From a virus (Duplodnaviria > Caudoviricetes), in the IMG/VR virus record IMGVR_UViG_2706794555_000001, positions 1-64,000 of that record: a stretch of DNA of 64,000 bases, one strand, 5' to 3'. Below are positions 18,678-26,901 of the stretch, one piece after another. The translations under genes and the position numbers were made by a program. The first letter of the stretch is position 1; each line of letters begins with the position of its first letter. The notes below the pieces were generated by a model. It was not told where the DNA came from and did not search any database. It saw only the letters and a program-made list of their open reading frames with translations.

Positions 18678-18969
18678 CCTCGGCCTCCTCGACGTAGCCG
18701 CTGATGGTGCGGTACAGGTCGGGGTTGCTGAGGCAGGCCTCGATGACCGTGGACAGGATCCAGCTGTCCTTCGGGAAGTCGTCGCCCTTGGGGTGCCTGG
18801 TGCCCTGGACGTAGCCCATGACGGCGGCTTCCTTCATCAGCACCCGCTCCCGCTCGGTGAAGGTGCCGAAGCGTTCGGCTGCCTGCTGGCGGCGTTCGGC
18901 CGCACGGTTGGCGAAGAGGGTGAGCAGGGCGTCGGGCAGCGGCGGGTCGACGGCGGTGGGTTCGGGCAT
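18670..18969 (-). CDS. Hypothetical protein
   Basis: TGATG coupling; EAAVMGYVQG motif. Confidence 0.65.
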   Translation of the reverse strand: MPEPTAVDPPLPDALLTLFANRAAERRQQAAERFGTFTERERVLMKEAAVMGYVQGTRHPKGDDFPKDSWILSTVIEACLSNPDLYRTISGYVEEAEDA

Positions 18970-19388
18970 CAGCCGGCCGCCTTCGCCACGGGCTTGCGGT
19001 CGCGTGCGCCTTGGGCGACGCCGATGGCGAAGTTGATGCCCGCCACGCGCGCGGGGTCGGGGGCGATCCGCAGTGACGTCAGCAGGGTGTCGAGGACGTC
19101 GTTGATGCCGTCGGCGCGCACGTCGGCCAGGTACGGGGCGAGGGCGGCGTTCATCTCGGCGTCGGTGCCCTGCATGGCCTGCCACACGGCGAGGATCTTG
19201 GGGAGGGCGATGGCGAACGCGTCGGTGTCCCACTCGCCCTTCCGCAGCCGGGACTGGCACTTGGCGGGCCAGGTGGAGCAGGCGCAGGCGCGGTCGTGGT
19301 AGTAGTCCGCGAGCGTCTGGTTGCCGACGTCGATCAGGGCTTCGAGGGTCGCGGTGGGGAGGTCGAGAGGGTCGGCGGGCTCAGACAT
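18969..19388 (-). CDS. Hypothetical protein
   Basis: AAAGGA RBS; AT-rich upstream region. Confidence 0.7.
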   Translation of the reverse strand: MSEPADPLDLPTATLEALIDVGNQTLADYYHDRACACSTWPAKCQSRLRKGEWDTDAFAIALPKILAVWQAMQGTDAEMNAALAPYLADVRADGINDVLDTLLTSLRIAPDPARVAGINFAIGVAQGARDRKPVAKAAG

Positions 19389-19510
19389 GAGGGTGATCCT
19401 TTTGGGATAGTTTGTGTGGGTTTATCATCTCATCCTGACGCATGATCAGGTCAGGGAACGGCCCCATCCGCCCCGCCAAAACCGCACGCCGGAGAGGGCG
19501 GTGGGGCAGG

Positions 19511-19954
19511 TCAGCCCTGGGCCGGCTCGTCCACGACTGCAATCTGGAAGCCGTAGCCGTAGTAGAACGGGTTGCCGCTCGACCAGCCCACGGTCAGCTC
19601 CAGCACGTCGCCCATGTCCGCGTAGATGTGCCAGCGCGTGAACTCGTCCGTCGTGCCGACGCCGGTGATGACGTGGTCGATGCGCTCCGGGTGCAGCAGG
19701 AACGCCTCCAGCTCTGTGAACGCGCAGCAGTCGTCGGTATCGACGAGGAAGACCCGCTTGCCGCTGTCGAGCGTCAGAGCCGTGCCCCGGCCGCGCCAGC
19801 TGTTCGCCGACTCCGGGATTACGGCGTCCCTCTCGATCATTACGATCCGGTGCCCAACGACCGCGTCAGCGAGCGCGCTGACGTTCCTCGGCATCGTGCC
19901 GTCGTCGACCTCGTCGGACAGGGTCTCGATCTCGTAGCTCACTGCTTCGGACAT
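19511..19954 (-). CDS. Conserved actinophage protein
   Basis: DCCAFTEL...SSGNPFYYGYGF motif. Confidence 0.7.
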   Translation of the reverse strand: MSEAVSYEIETLSDEVDDGTMPRNVSALADAVVGHRIVMIERDAVIPESANSWRGRGTALTLDSGKRVFLVDTDDCCAFTELEAFLLHPERIDHVITGVGTTDEFTRWHIYADMGDVLELTVGWSSGNPFYYGYGFQIAVVDEPAQG

Positions 19955-19983
19955 GGTGGGACTCGCTTTCGGTTGAGGGTTGA

Positions 19984-21321
19984 TCAGACGAGCGTGACGA
20001 GCCGGGCGTAGTGGCCCTGCTGCTCGAGGTCGACTTCGCGTCCGCGCGGCCCGTTGCGGTTCTTGCCGACCTCGAGGTGGCGGACGCCGTTGTCGGGGCC
20101 CGGGTTGGCGGGGTCGTCGGGGATGTCCTTGGAGATCAGCAGGATCACGTTGGAGTCCTGCTCGATCTGGCTGGAGTCCTTGAAATCGGACACCAGCGGC
20201 TTGCGGCCGACCTGCCCCCGGTTGAACTGGGCCAGTGCCATCACGGGGACCTGGAACTCCATGGCGAGGAGCTTCAGGCCGCGCGAGATGTCGGCGACTT
20301 CCTGGGTGCGGTTCCTCGAGCCCGGCCCCTCGGGTGCGATCAGTTGGAGGTAGTCCGCGACGACGAGGGCTGGCGGGTTGCCCGTGGAGTGCATCCACCG
20401 GACCCGGGCGCGGATCTTGGACAGGGACAGGCCGGGTGAGTCGTCGAGGATGAAGTTGGTGGCGTTGCGGAGCCGGTCGGCGACCTTGGCGATGCGCTCC
20501 CAGTCCGGTTCGATCAGCTTGCGGTTGACGAGCCTGGACAGGTTCACGCTGGCTTCGGCGGCGGTGAGGCGGGCCAGCAGTTCGGTGCCGCCCATCTCCA
20601 TGGAGGCGACGAGGACGGGCCGGTTGCGGCGCAGTGCCACGTGCGCGGCGCAGTTGAAGCCGAGGAGCGACTTGCCGCCGGAGGTCTCCGCGCCGACCGC
20701 GATCAGGTCGCCGGGCTTGAAGCTGGTGACCTCATTCAGGTCCTTCCACGGGGTGTCGAGGGCGTTGGGGTCCTCGCCTGCCTCGAGCTGGTCGATGAAG
20801 TCGTCCCACCGCTCCCCTACGGACAGCTTGGGTGCGTCCTTGGGCGAGCCGAGGATCAGGGCTTGGAGGTCGGCGATGGTGGTGTCGAGGATGTCGTCGG
20901 GGTTGTCGCGCTCGAGGCTGCGGCGGACGGTGCGGGCGGCGATCTCGTAGATGCGGCGGAGCTTGGCGGTGTCGCGGACGATGCCGGCGTACCAGTCGGC
21001 GTTGGCGCTGACCGGCACAGCGGCGACGAGGCGGTGCAGGTATTCGCTGCCGCCGATGCGGTCGAGCTCTCCGACTTTGAGGAGCTGCGCGCCGACGGTG
21101 ATCGGGTCGGGTGTGATGCCGGGTTGTCCGTGGACTTCGAGGATTGCGGTGTGAATGGTGGCGTGGGCGGTGCGGTAGTAGTCGCCGGGGCCGGCGAGGG
21201 TGTCGGTGGCGTCGTCGATGGCTCGTTCGCCGAGGAGCATGCTGCCGAGGAGTGCCCGTTCGGCGGAGAGGTCACGCGGACGCGGGTCCTCTTCCTCGAG
21301 GTGCTCGGGCTGGTCGTTCAT
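19984..21321 (-). CDS. dnaB: DnaB-like replicative helicase
   Basis: AERALLGSML N-domain, Walker A GAETSGGKS, SMEM, VVADYLQL, ALAQFNR, SSQIEQDS, KNRNGP. Confidence 0.93.
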   Translation of the reverse strand: MNDQPEHLEEEDPRPRDLSAERALLGSMLLGERAIDDATDTLAGPGDYYRTAHATIHTAILEVHGQPGITPDPITVGAQLLKVGELDRIGGSEYLHRLVAAVPVSANADWYAGIVRDTAKLRRIYEIAARTVRRSLERDNPDDILDTTIADLQALILGSPKDAPKLSVGERWDDFIDQLEAGEDPNALDTPWKDLNEVTSFKPGDLIAVGAETSGGKSLLGFNCAAHVALRRNRPVLVASMEMGGTELLARLTAAEASVNLSRLVNRKLIEPDWERIAKVADRLRNATNFILDDSPGLSLSKIRARVRWMHSTGNPPALVVADYLQLIAPEGPGSRNRTQEVADISRGLKLLAMEFQVPVMALAQFNRGQVGRKPLVSDFKDSSQIEQDSNVILLISKDIPDDPANPGPDNGVRHLEVGKNRNGPRGREVDLEQQGHYARLVTLV

Positions 21322-22202
21322 GCGGCGGCGTCCTTGGTGTGGTCGGGGTGGCAGGTTCGGCATGGCGCGGAGCTGCGGAATCCGTCGGCGTCTTCGGTGG
21401 TGCGACGCCGGGTGGCGGGGTTGCAGTCCTCGTCCTCGCACCACGGGGTGGTTGGGCCGCCGGGCGAGGCGCGGGTCTTGGCGGTGGGCTTCTTGATCAG
21501 GTCGGCGATGCGGACGGGCAGGACGGTGATGAAGTTCTTGATCCCACCGGGGTTCTTCGTCAACTCGGTGGCGAGGTCGTCGTCCAAGTCCCAGCCCTGT
21601 GCGTGGATGGCTTCCAGGAGCTGCGGGGCGAGCTTGGCGGCCGTGGCGCGTCCGACGGCCCAGGGTCCGGGCAGCGACTGGAGGAAGGTCTCGGCTGCTT
21701 GTTGCTGGTCTCCTCCGCCTCCTCCTGGGGTGGTGGAGGCAGGCGGGTCGGCAGGTGCGGAGGTGGTGGTCTCTGGTGGGGTGGTGGTGATGTGGTCGGG
21801 TGAGCCGACCGATTCCGCTTCGGATTGGTCGGGTGAGCCGACCACCCCTGGTCGGGTAGGCCGACCGATTTCAGATTTGGGATCGGTCGGGTGAGCCGAC
21901 CGATTGGTGGTCTCGGGTCGCCGGTGGCCGACTGCTCCACGGAGCCGATACACGCTGGCTCCGTAGCGGCCTTTCTCGCCCTCAACGACTTCCAGTTCTC
22001 CGGCTTTCAGGAGCACCTGGATCGCGTCGGTGACGGCCTCGCGGGTGCAGTTCGCCCGCTGCTGGAGAAAGGTCACGGACCCGTAGGCCTTGCATTCTCT
22101 GGCGGCCGGCAGAGCCTTGTCGGCGAGGGCCAGCAGCACGAGGCGGCCCACCCCCTTGGAGCTGGAGTGGTTCCACACCCAGTCCATCGCATCAAGGCTC
22201 AC
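21318..22202 (-). CDS. Phage replication initiator (Rep 2) with N-terminal wHTH
   Basis: MDWVWNHSSSKGVGRLVLLALADKA; internal iterons; C-terminal PWC..C...PCRTCHP; coupled to dnaB. Confidence 0.85.
   Translation of the reverse strand: MSLDAMDWVWNHSSSKGVGRLVLLALADKALPAARECKAYGSVTFLQQRANCTREAVTDAIQVLLKAGELEVVEGEKGRYGASVYRLRGAVGHRRPETTNRSAHPTDPKSEIGRPTRPGVVGSPDQSEAESVGSPDHITTTPPETTTSAPADPPASTTPGGGGGDQQQAAETFLQSLPGPWAVGRATAAKLAPQLLEAIHAQGWDLDDDLATELTKNPGGIKNFITVLPVRIADLIKKPTAKTRASPGGPTTPWCEDEDCNPATRRRTTEDADGFRSSAPCRTCHPDHTKDAAA
21794..21901. repeat. Four 17-bp palindromic iterons (probable origin)
   Basis: GGTCGGGTGAGCCGACC at 21794, 21827, 21885 and GGTCGGGTAGGCCGACC at 21850. Confidence 0.85.
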
Positions 22203-22248
22203 GTGCTCTTCTCTCGAACGTCGCGTCAGGAGTCGCTGGCCGGGCGCG

Positions 22249-22479
22249 TCAGTCCGCGAGCATGAACTTGTCGACGGTGAGCTTGTAGGCAGTGGCGAGT
22301 TGGCCGAGCGTGGCGAGACTGGGGCGGTTCTCCTGCCGGGTGATCCGGGAGAGGACGCCGGGGTCGACGCCGGAGCGGCGGGAGATTCGTGAGAGGTGCA
22401 GCCGGCCGTCGTTTCGGACATCTCCGGCGAGGGTGGCAGCAGCTTGGAGGGTGGCGAGGTTGAGCTTGTAGGTGGCCAC
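22249..22479 (-). CDS. Cro-like XRE HTH regulator
   Basis: ISRRSGVDPGVLSRITRQENRPSLATL; divergent from repressor; GAAAGG RBS. Confidence 0.8.
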   Translation of the reverse strand: MATYKLNLATLQAAATLAGDVRNDGRLHLSRISRRSGVDPGVLSRITRQENRPSLATLGQLATAYKLTVDKFMLAD

Positions 22480-22719
22480 AGATGGCCTTTCGATGTGGGT
22501 GCGTTTTGGCAGGGAGGTGCAGTGCGAGCACCGTGTGCCGCTACACAAAGCATACCCCATTTGCTGTGGCGCTACAACGAGACTGGTGCGCGGCACCCCC
22601 TGGCAGGCGACCGAATTTGGCCACGACCTGCACGAATGTGACCCCGATCAACGACAGCGGGTAGCGCGCACGCTACGATCTGCACGTATTGATGGGCGCG
22701 CACACGAAACGGACGGGGC
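22480..22719. promoter_or_regulatory. Lysis/lysogeny switch intergenic region
   Basis: Between divergent XRE genes; palindrome GTAGCG-CGCA-CGCTAC at 22661-22676 and further CGCTAC half-sites. Confidence 0.6.
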
Positions 22720-23172
22720 ATGAGCGGCGAACACGACGACTTCGCCCGCTGGCTGCGCGAACGCGCCCGCATCGCCGGCTTCGACCTCGACCAGCGCGGC
22801 ATGACCTCACGCCTCGCCGAAGCCTCCGGCATCGACCCCGCCCAGATGAGCCGAGCAGTACGCGGCCTCAGCGTCCCCGCCATCGAAGGCCAGCGCGGCC
22901 TCGCCAAAGCGCTAGGCCTCAAGCTGCCCGAGGTCATGATCCGCGCCGGATCAGCCACACCCGACGACTTCCCGCCCCAGTGGGACCTCGACGACTCCCC
23001 GGCCCCGCCGCTCTCCTCGCGGGACATCGAGAGCGTCTACCTGACCATGTACGCGTCCCGCTTCAGAATCACCGACCAGGACACACGGCGCTTCATCCGG
23101 ATGGTCAAGGCGCTCGCCACCGAGCTGGGCCACGGCCACATCGAGGATGAGCAGCCCGCCTCGGACGGCTAG
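22720..23172 (+). CDS. Immunity repressor (XRE HTH)
   Basis: FARWLRER...SRLAEASGIDPAQMSRAVRG..VP...LAKALG. Confidence 0.85.
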   Translation: MSGEHDDFARWLRERARIAGFDLDQRGMTSRLAEASGIDPAQMSRAVRGLSVPAIEGQRGLAKALGLKLPEVMIRAGSATPDDFPPQWDLDDSPAPPLSSRDIESVYLTMYASRFRITDQDTRRFIRMVKALATELGHGHIEDEQPASDG

Positions 23173-23300
23173 CCTGTCCCCGGCGCGCGTCTGCCAGCGA
23201 AGGGACCCGGCGCGCGCCTTCTACACGCCCACGTCCCTCGCCCGGGTGGTTTCACCCGCACCCACCACACCCGGCCGCCCGCGCCCGTACCGTGCCAGGC

Positions 23301-23516
23301 ATGACCGGCATCAGCGCGTTCACCGTTTCGACCGCGGCAGGCCAGCCCACACCACCCTGCCTCGTCTGCGGCCACCCGACCGAGAAGGTCACCGAGTACG
23401 CCGACAACGGGCGCGTCGAGGTCCACTACGAGCCGTGCGGGCACCGCGAATGGGTCGGCGGCACACCCCTCCTGGAAATGTGGCTGCTCCTCGCCGCGAT
23501 CAACGGAGGCGACTGA
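23301..23516 (+). CDS. Small Cys-containing protein (probably leaderless)
   Basis: TACCGT-N7-ATG; CLVCG and PCGH. Confidence 0.55.
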   Translation: MTGISAFTVSTAAGQPTPPCLVCGHPTEKVTEYADNGRVEVHYEPCGHREWVGGTPLLEMWLLLAAINGGD

Positions 23517-23634
23517 GCGGGCGCGCCACCGGCGTACCGTGAAGGCCACCTTCCAGTGCGCCCGGCAGGTGGCCTTCACCACCAACCCTAGCCGTCGTCG
23601 CCCCAGCGCTCGAACCTGCCGCTAACGTGGAGGC

Positions 23635-24129
23635 ATGCGCCCGGACCGATTCCAGACCCTGCTCGCCAACCACCTCCCCGCATTGCCCGGCATCACCAAA
23701 ACCGAGACCTTCGCCGACGCCGGACACGACCGCTCCCCCTACGGCCTCGTCATCCACCACGACAACGGGGCTCGCACCTGGTGGCAGATCACCGCCACCT
23801 CCCGCCCCGGCGACGTCTACAGCCAGCCCGAAGGCGAACCCGTCACCGGCGAGCGGCAGGCCGAACTGCCGATGCCGAACCTCGCCGGGGAGCGAGTCGA
23901 CACCGCGGCCGTCGAAGGCGCCATCGCCGCCGTGCTGCTCCAGGCCGACGCTGCCGGGGAGGTCGCCGCGATGCTCCGCTACTCCCAGCGGGAGAACCCC
24001 GGTGCGATCAGCCACGGCCTGACCGTCCACTTCCACGACGGATCGAAGATCTTCGTCAACGGCCTCGCCGCCTCCCGCGGATCCGAACCCCGGCCGTCTT
24101 CGTACTTCAAGCTCGACGCCCACGTCTGA
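23635..24129 (+). CDS. Hypothetical protein (probably leaderless)
   Basis: TAACGT-N6-ATG; high GC3. Confidence 0.7.
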   Translation: MRPDRFQTLLANHLPALPGITKTETFADAGHDRSPYGLVIHHDNGARTWWQITATSRPGDVYSQPEGEPVTGERQAELPMPNLAGERVDTAAVEGAIAAVLLQADAAGEVAAMLRYSQRENPGAISHGLTVHFHDGSKIFVNGLAASRGSEPRPSSYFKLDAHV

Positions 24130-24139
24130 GGGAGTCACC

Positions 24140-24271
24140 ATGGCACCGAACGGCAAATGCCCCAGCTGCGGGCAGCGCATCGGCTCCAAGCCCGGCCAGC
24201 CCACCACCCCGCACAGCCTGCCCGACAACCCCAACAAGGCATGCAAGGGCGGCACCACGCTGCCGCTGTAG
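24140..24271 (+). CDS. 43-aa zinc-binding micro-protein
   Basis: GGAG RBS; CPSCG...H...CKGG; followed by a terminator. Confidence 0.65.
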   Translation: MAPNGKCPSCGQRIGSKPGQPTTPHSLPDNPNKACKGGTTLPL

Positions 24272-24282
24272 CCGAGCACGAC

Positions 24283-24317
24283 GAAGCGCCCGCCACCTCC
24301 ACGGTGGCGGGCGCTTC
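24283..24317. terminator. Bidirectional terminator hairpin
   Basis: 15-bp perfect stem GAAGCGCCCGCCACC/GGTGGCGGGCGCTTC between convergent genes. Confidence 0.85.
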
Positions 24318-24330
24318 TGCATGTCCGGGG

Positions 24331-24810
24331 CTACTCGGCCGGCGGGTCGGCGGCGACCAGGCTGTAGTAGCGCGCCTCGGACCACTTTGGCGCGCCAACG
24401 ATCTCGGCACGACCAGCGGCAACCAGTGCCCGCAGCGTGTTGTGGGCCGAGGTTGTCGAGAACCCGCTCTCAAGAGCCAGTTCAAGCGCCGAGAAGCGCC
24501 GCCCCCCGTAGCCGTTGAGCACGATTCCAGTCAGGACGGGCGACCCGCATGCGCGCTTGCGGCCCCGGTTGAACACCACGTTGTGCTTCGGCCGCTCGGC
24601 GGCAATGGCCTTGCCTTCGGCAAGCGCAGCCTCGCTGCGAGACGGGTACCAGGTGACCTTGTAGCTAGTGACGTTGCGCCACCAACTCCGGTCGGCGTGC
24701 GAGTACCAGCGCTTCGCAGGCTCCAGGCATATCCCGATGTACAGGACCTGCCCCTCCCGGTCGAAGAACCGGTAGAGGGCGACCTCCTCGTCATTCGTTC
24801 GGTTGATCAT
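24331..24810 (-). CDS. GIY-YIG nuclease domain with C-terminal HTH
   Basis: ALYRFFD...LYIGI...R..H...AE..AI..ERPKHN; HTH SALELALESGFSTTSAHNTLRAL. Confidence 0.8.
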   Translation of the reverse strand: MINRTNDEEVALYRFFDREGQVLYIGICLEPAKRWYSHADRSWWRNVTSYKVTWYPSRSEAALAEGKAIAAERPKHNVVFNRGRKRACGSPVLTGIVLNGYGGRRFSALELALESGFSTTSAHNTLRALVAAGRAEIVGAPKWSEARYYSLVAADPPAE

Positions 24811-25129
24811 CTCGCCGCTGGTTGAGCGCTGCGTCATTCGCGCCGGTCTCTCTCTTGCTGCGGTGGACGCCGTGCACGGGCTTCCGATTCCGGAAGTACT
24901 CCTCGATGGGCGGCCACGGGATCTGGAAGTACGGCCCGAGCTTCTTCCACGACTCGCGCGGGACGGGCCAGTTCGGGTCGGTCTTCGAGAGCTGGCTCAC
25001 GCGCTCCCTCGTCATCGTCTGCGCGTAGCCCAGATCGACGACGCGACGGGCGATCTCAGCGAGGGTCACCAACTCCTGCACCTCCCCTGTGGGTCCGCCG
25101 TTTTCGGGCACACCGGTAGTATCTCCCAT
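24791..25129 (-). CDS. AlpA/excisionase-like HTH regulator divergent from the transfer operon
   Basis: LVTLAEIARR...MTRERVSQLSKTDPNWP. Confidence 0.65.
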   Translation of the reverse strand: MGDTTGVPENGGPTGEVQELVTLAEIARRVVDLGYAQTMTRERVSQLSKTDPNWPVPRESWKKLGPYFQIPWPPIEEYFRNRKPVHGVHRSKRETGANDAALNQRRDDQPNE

Positions 25130-25268
25130 GACCTTGACCTCAAGTCAATATCAGTGCTTCCATGGGAAGCACGCTCTTCCGACAGAGAGCGACCCCCGTT
25201 CCGCGGTTTCTGAGGCGGCGGAACGGGGGCCTAGAGCAAGCCCTTGACCTTGACGGGAAGGCAAGCCC

Positions 25269-25610
25269 ATGGTTTCGCATGGTACAGACGGTGCGATCTC
25301 CAGCACAGACCCGACGCGGCTGATCGACTCCGGCTCCCACAGCGTGGCTCTGTCGCTGCCGACCGACTTCGACGTCGACCACGCCCTCGGCGCCTACGGT
25401 GACGCCGCCCCGCTGAGCCCCCGCGACTGGCGCGGCCACATCGACCCCGCCTCCATCCCCACCGCGCCGCACACCGCCCCGTCCATGACCGCGCAGCAGG
25501 TCACCGAGGCCTTGCGCGGCAGCGACGTCGACGACGGCTGGCACGGCAGCATCGAACGCCCCGCAGCCTGGGCCGCGTTCGGCGACGGGGACGGAGGCAA
25601 CGCGGCATGA
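25269..25610 (+). CDS. Hypothetical protein (start uncertain)
   Basis: High GC3 in 3' part; ATGA coupling to next gene. Confidence 0.55.
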   Translation: MVSHGTDGAISSTDPTRLIDSGSHSVALSLPTDFDVDHALGAYGDAAPLSPRDWRGHIDPASIPTAPHTAPSMTAQQVTEALRGSDVDDGWHGSIERPAAWAAFGDGDGGNAA

Positions 25611-25855
25611 GCTGGGACGCCTTCACCATCACCCTGACCAACGGCACCACCATCACCGAGGCACCCGAGGCCGACGGCCCCGGTGCCCCCGAGTGCGTGT
25701 ACATCGAGCCCTACGGCGTCGAGATCCACGGCGACCACGCCGACATCGTCACCGACCACCCGCACTACAAGGGCGTCGAGCGCGTCAACCGGCGCCCCGA
25801 CGGCACCTTCTCCCGGCCGAAGAACGGCGACGGCTTCTCCCGCCGCTACCGCTGA
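25607..25855 (+). CDS. Hypothetical protein
   Basis: GGAGG RBS. Confidence 0.7.
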   Translation: MSWDAFTITLTNGTTITEAPEADGPGAPECVYIEPYGVEIHGDHADIVTDHPHYKGVERVNRRPDGTFSRPKNGDGFSRRYR

Positions 25856-25934
25856 ACCCCCCCAGATCGGCCGGGCTGTCCTGCAACCCCCACGCGGGAC
25901 GGCCCGGCCCCACGACCGACCGAAGGAGCCCCCG

Positions 25935-26120
25935 ATGGACCTGTTCAAAATGCTCCACCCCGACGCCCCCGCCGAGATCGTCGACGGCAACGGCGACACC
26001 TGGAAAGGCACCACCGTCCACCCGCCCCGCAACGGCGAACCCATGTACTACAACGCCACCGGCCCCGACGGCTACGCCCTCACCCCCACCGAGATCGCCA
26101 ACGAACTGGGAACCCGGTGA
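25935..26120 (+). CDS. Hypothetical protein
   Basis: AAGGAG RBS. Confidence 0.7.
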   Translation: MDLFKMLHPDAPAEIVDGNGDTWKGTTVHPPRNGEPMYYNATGPDGYALTPTEIANELGTR

Positions 26121-26326
26121 CCAGGGCCACCACGTGCAGCTGCGGAGGCACCAGCTTCCTCACCTCCACCGTCGGCTACACCAAACTCGCCGCCGGGATC
26201 CTCACCACCTGCGTCAACATCCGCTTCAAAGGCCGCTGCACGAGCTGCGGAACAACCCACTCGGAGATCGTCGCCCGCAACGTCCCCGCCGACACCGACC
26301 CGCTCACGTACTGGAAACAGCACTAG
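26117..26326 (+). CDS. Zinc-ribbon protein
   Basis: CSCGG and CTSCG; GTGA coupling. Confidence 0.65.
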   Translation: MTRATTCSCGGTSFLTSTVGYTKLAAGILTTCVNIRFKGRCTSCGTTHSEIVARNVPADTDPLTYWKQH

Positions 26327-26356
26327 CCGCACCACCCAACCCGGAAGGAGCCCGTC

Positions 26357-26563
26357 ATGGGCCTGTTCAGCCGCCAGCCCAGCAACACCTCGTCCGACGA
26401 GAAGCCCTACGCCACCGACGCCCAGATCCGCGAGATCGCCCGCCTCGTCAATGCCGGGGACCACAAGGCCGCCACGAAGATCACCCAGTCGACGGCCGAC
26501 CCTCGCGGCGCAGCGTTCGAGGCATTCCGCTACATCGACGTCGCCCCGCCCGAAAGCAGCTGA
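26357..26563 (+). CDS. Hypothetical protein
   Basis: AAGGAG RBS. Confidence 0.7.
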   Translation: MGLFSRQPSNTSSDEKPYATDAQIREIARLVNAGDHKAATKITQSTADPRGAAFEAFRYIDVAPPESS

Positions 26564-26589
26564 CCCAGCCCCCAGAGAGGAGCCCGGCC

Positions 26590-26901
26590 GTGAACACCAG
26601 CCCAACGACCGCACTGATCGCCCTGCTCGCCGTAGCGGCCGGACTCCTCACCGGGTACTACACGCCGGCCCTGATCCCGGGGCTGGTGTTCGGGGTGATC
26701 GCCTACGTCGCCGTCGTCCTCGGCGCCATCCGACTCCTCCACCTCAACCGCGACACCACCCTCATCAACACCACCCGCTGCGTCCTCGTCGCCGCCTGCC
26801 TCACCCTCCACGCCATCCTCCGCGGCTGCATCGCAGGCCTCAACGCCCTCAACCGCTGGGACATCAACGCCATCGCACGAACGGGAGCATCCACGCCGTG
26901 A
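26590..26901 (+). CDS. Membrane protein (Spd-like spread-protein candidate)
   Basis: GAGGAG RBS; 2-3 hydrophobic segments; lies in transfer operon. Confidence 0.6.
   Translation: MNTSPTTALIALLAVAAGLLTGYYTPALIPGLVFGVIAYVAVVLGAIRLLHLNRDTTLINTTRCVLVAACLTLHAILRGCIAGLNALNRWDINAIARTGASTP

Noticed and set aside
21794-21901. Mini CRISPR array
   Set aside because: Repeats are 17 bp with 6-18 bp gaps inside a rep gene and no cas genes are present; iterons fit better.
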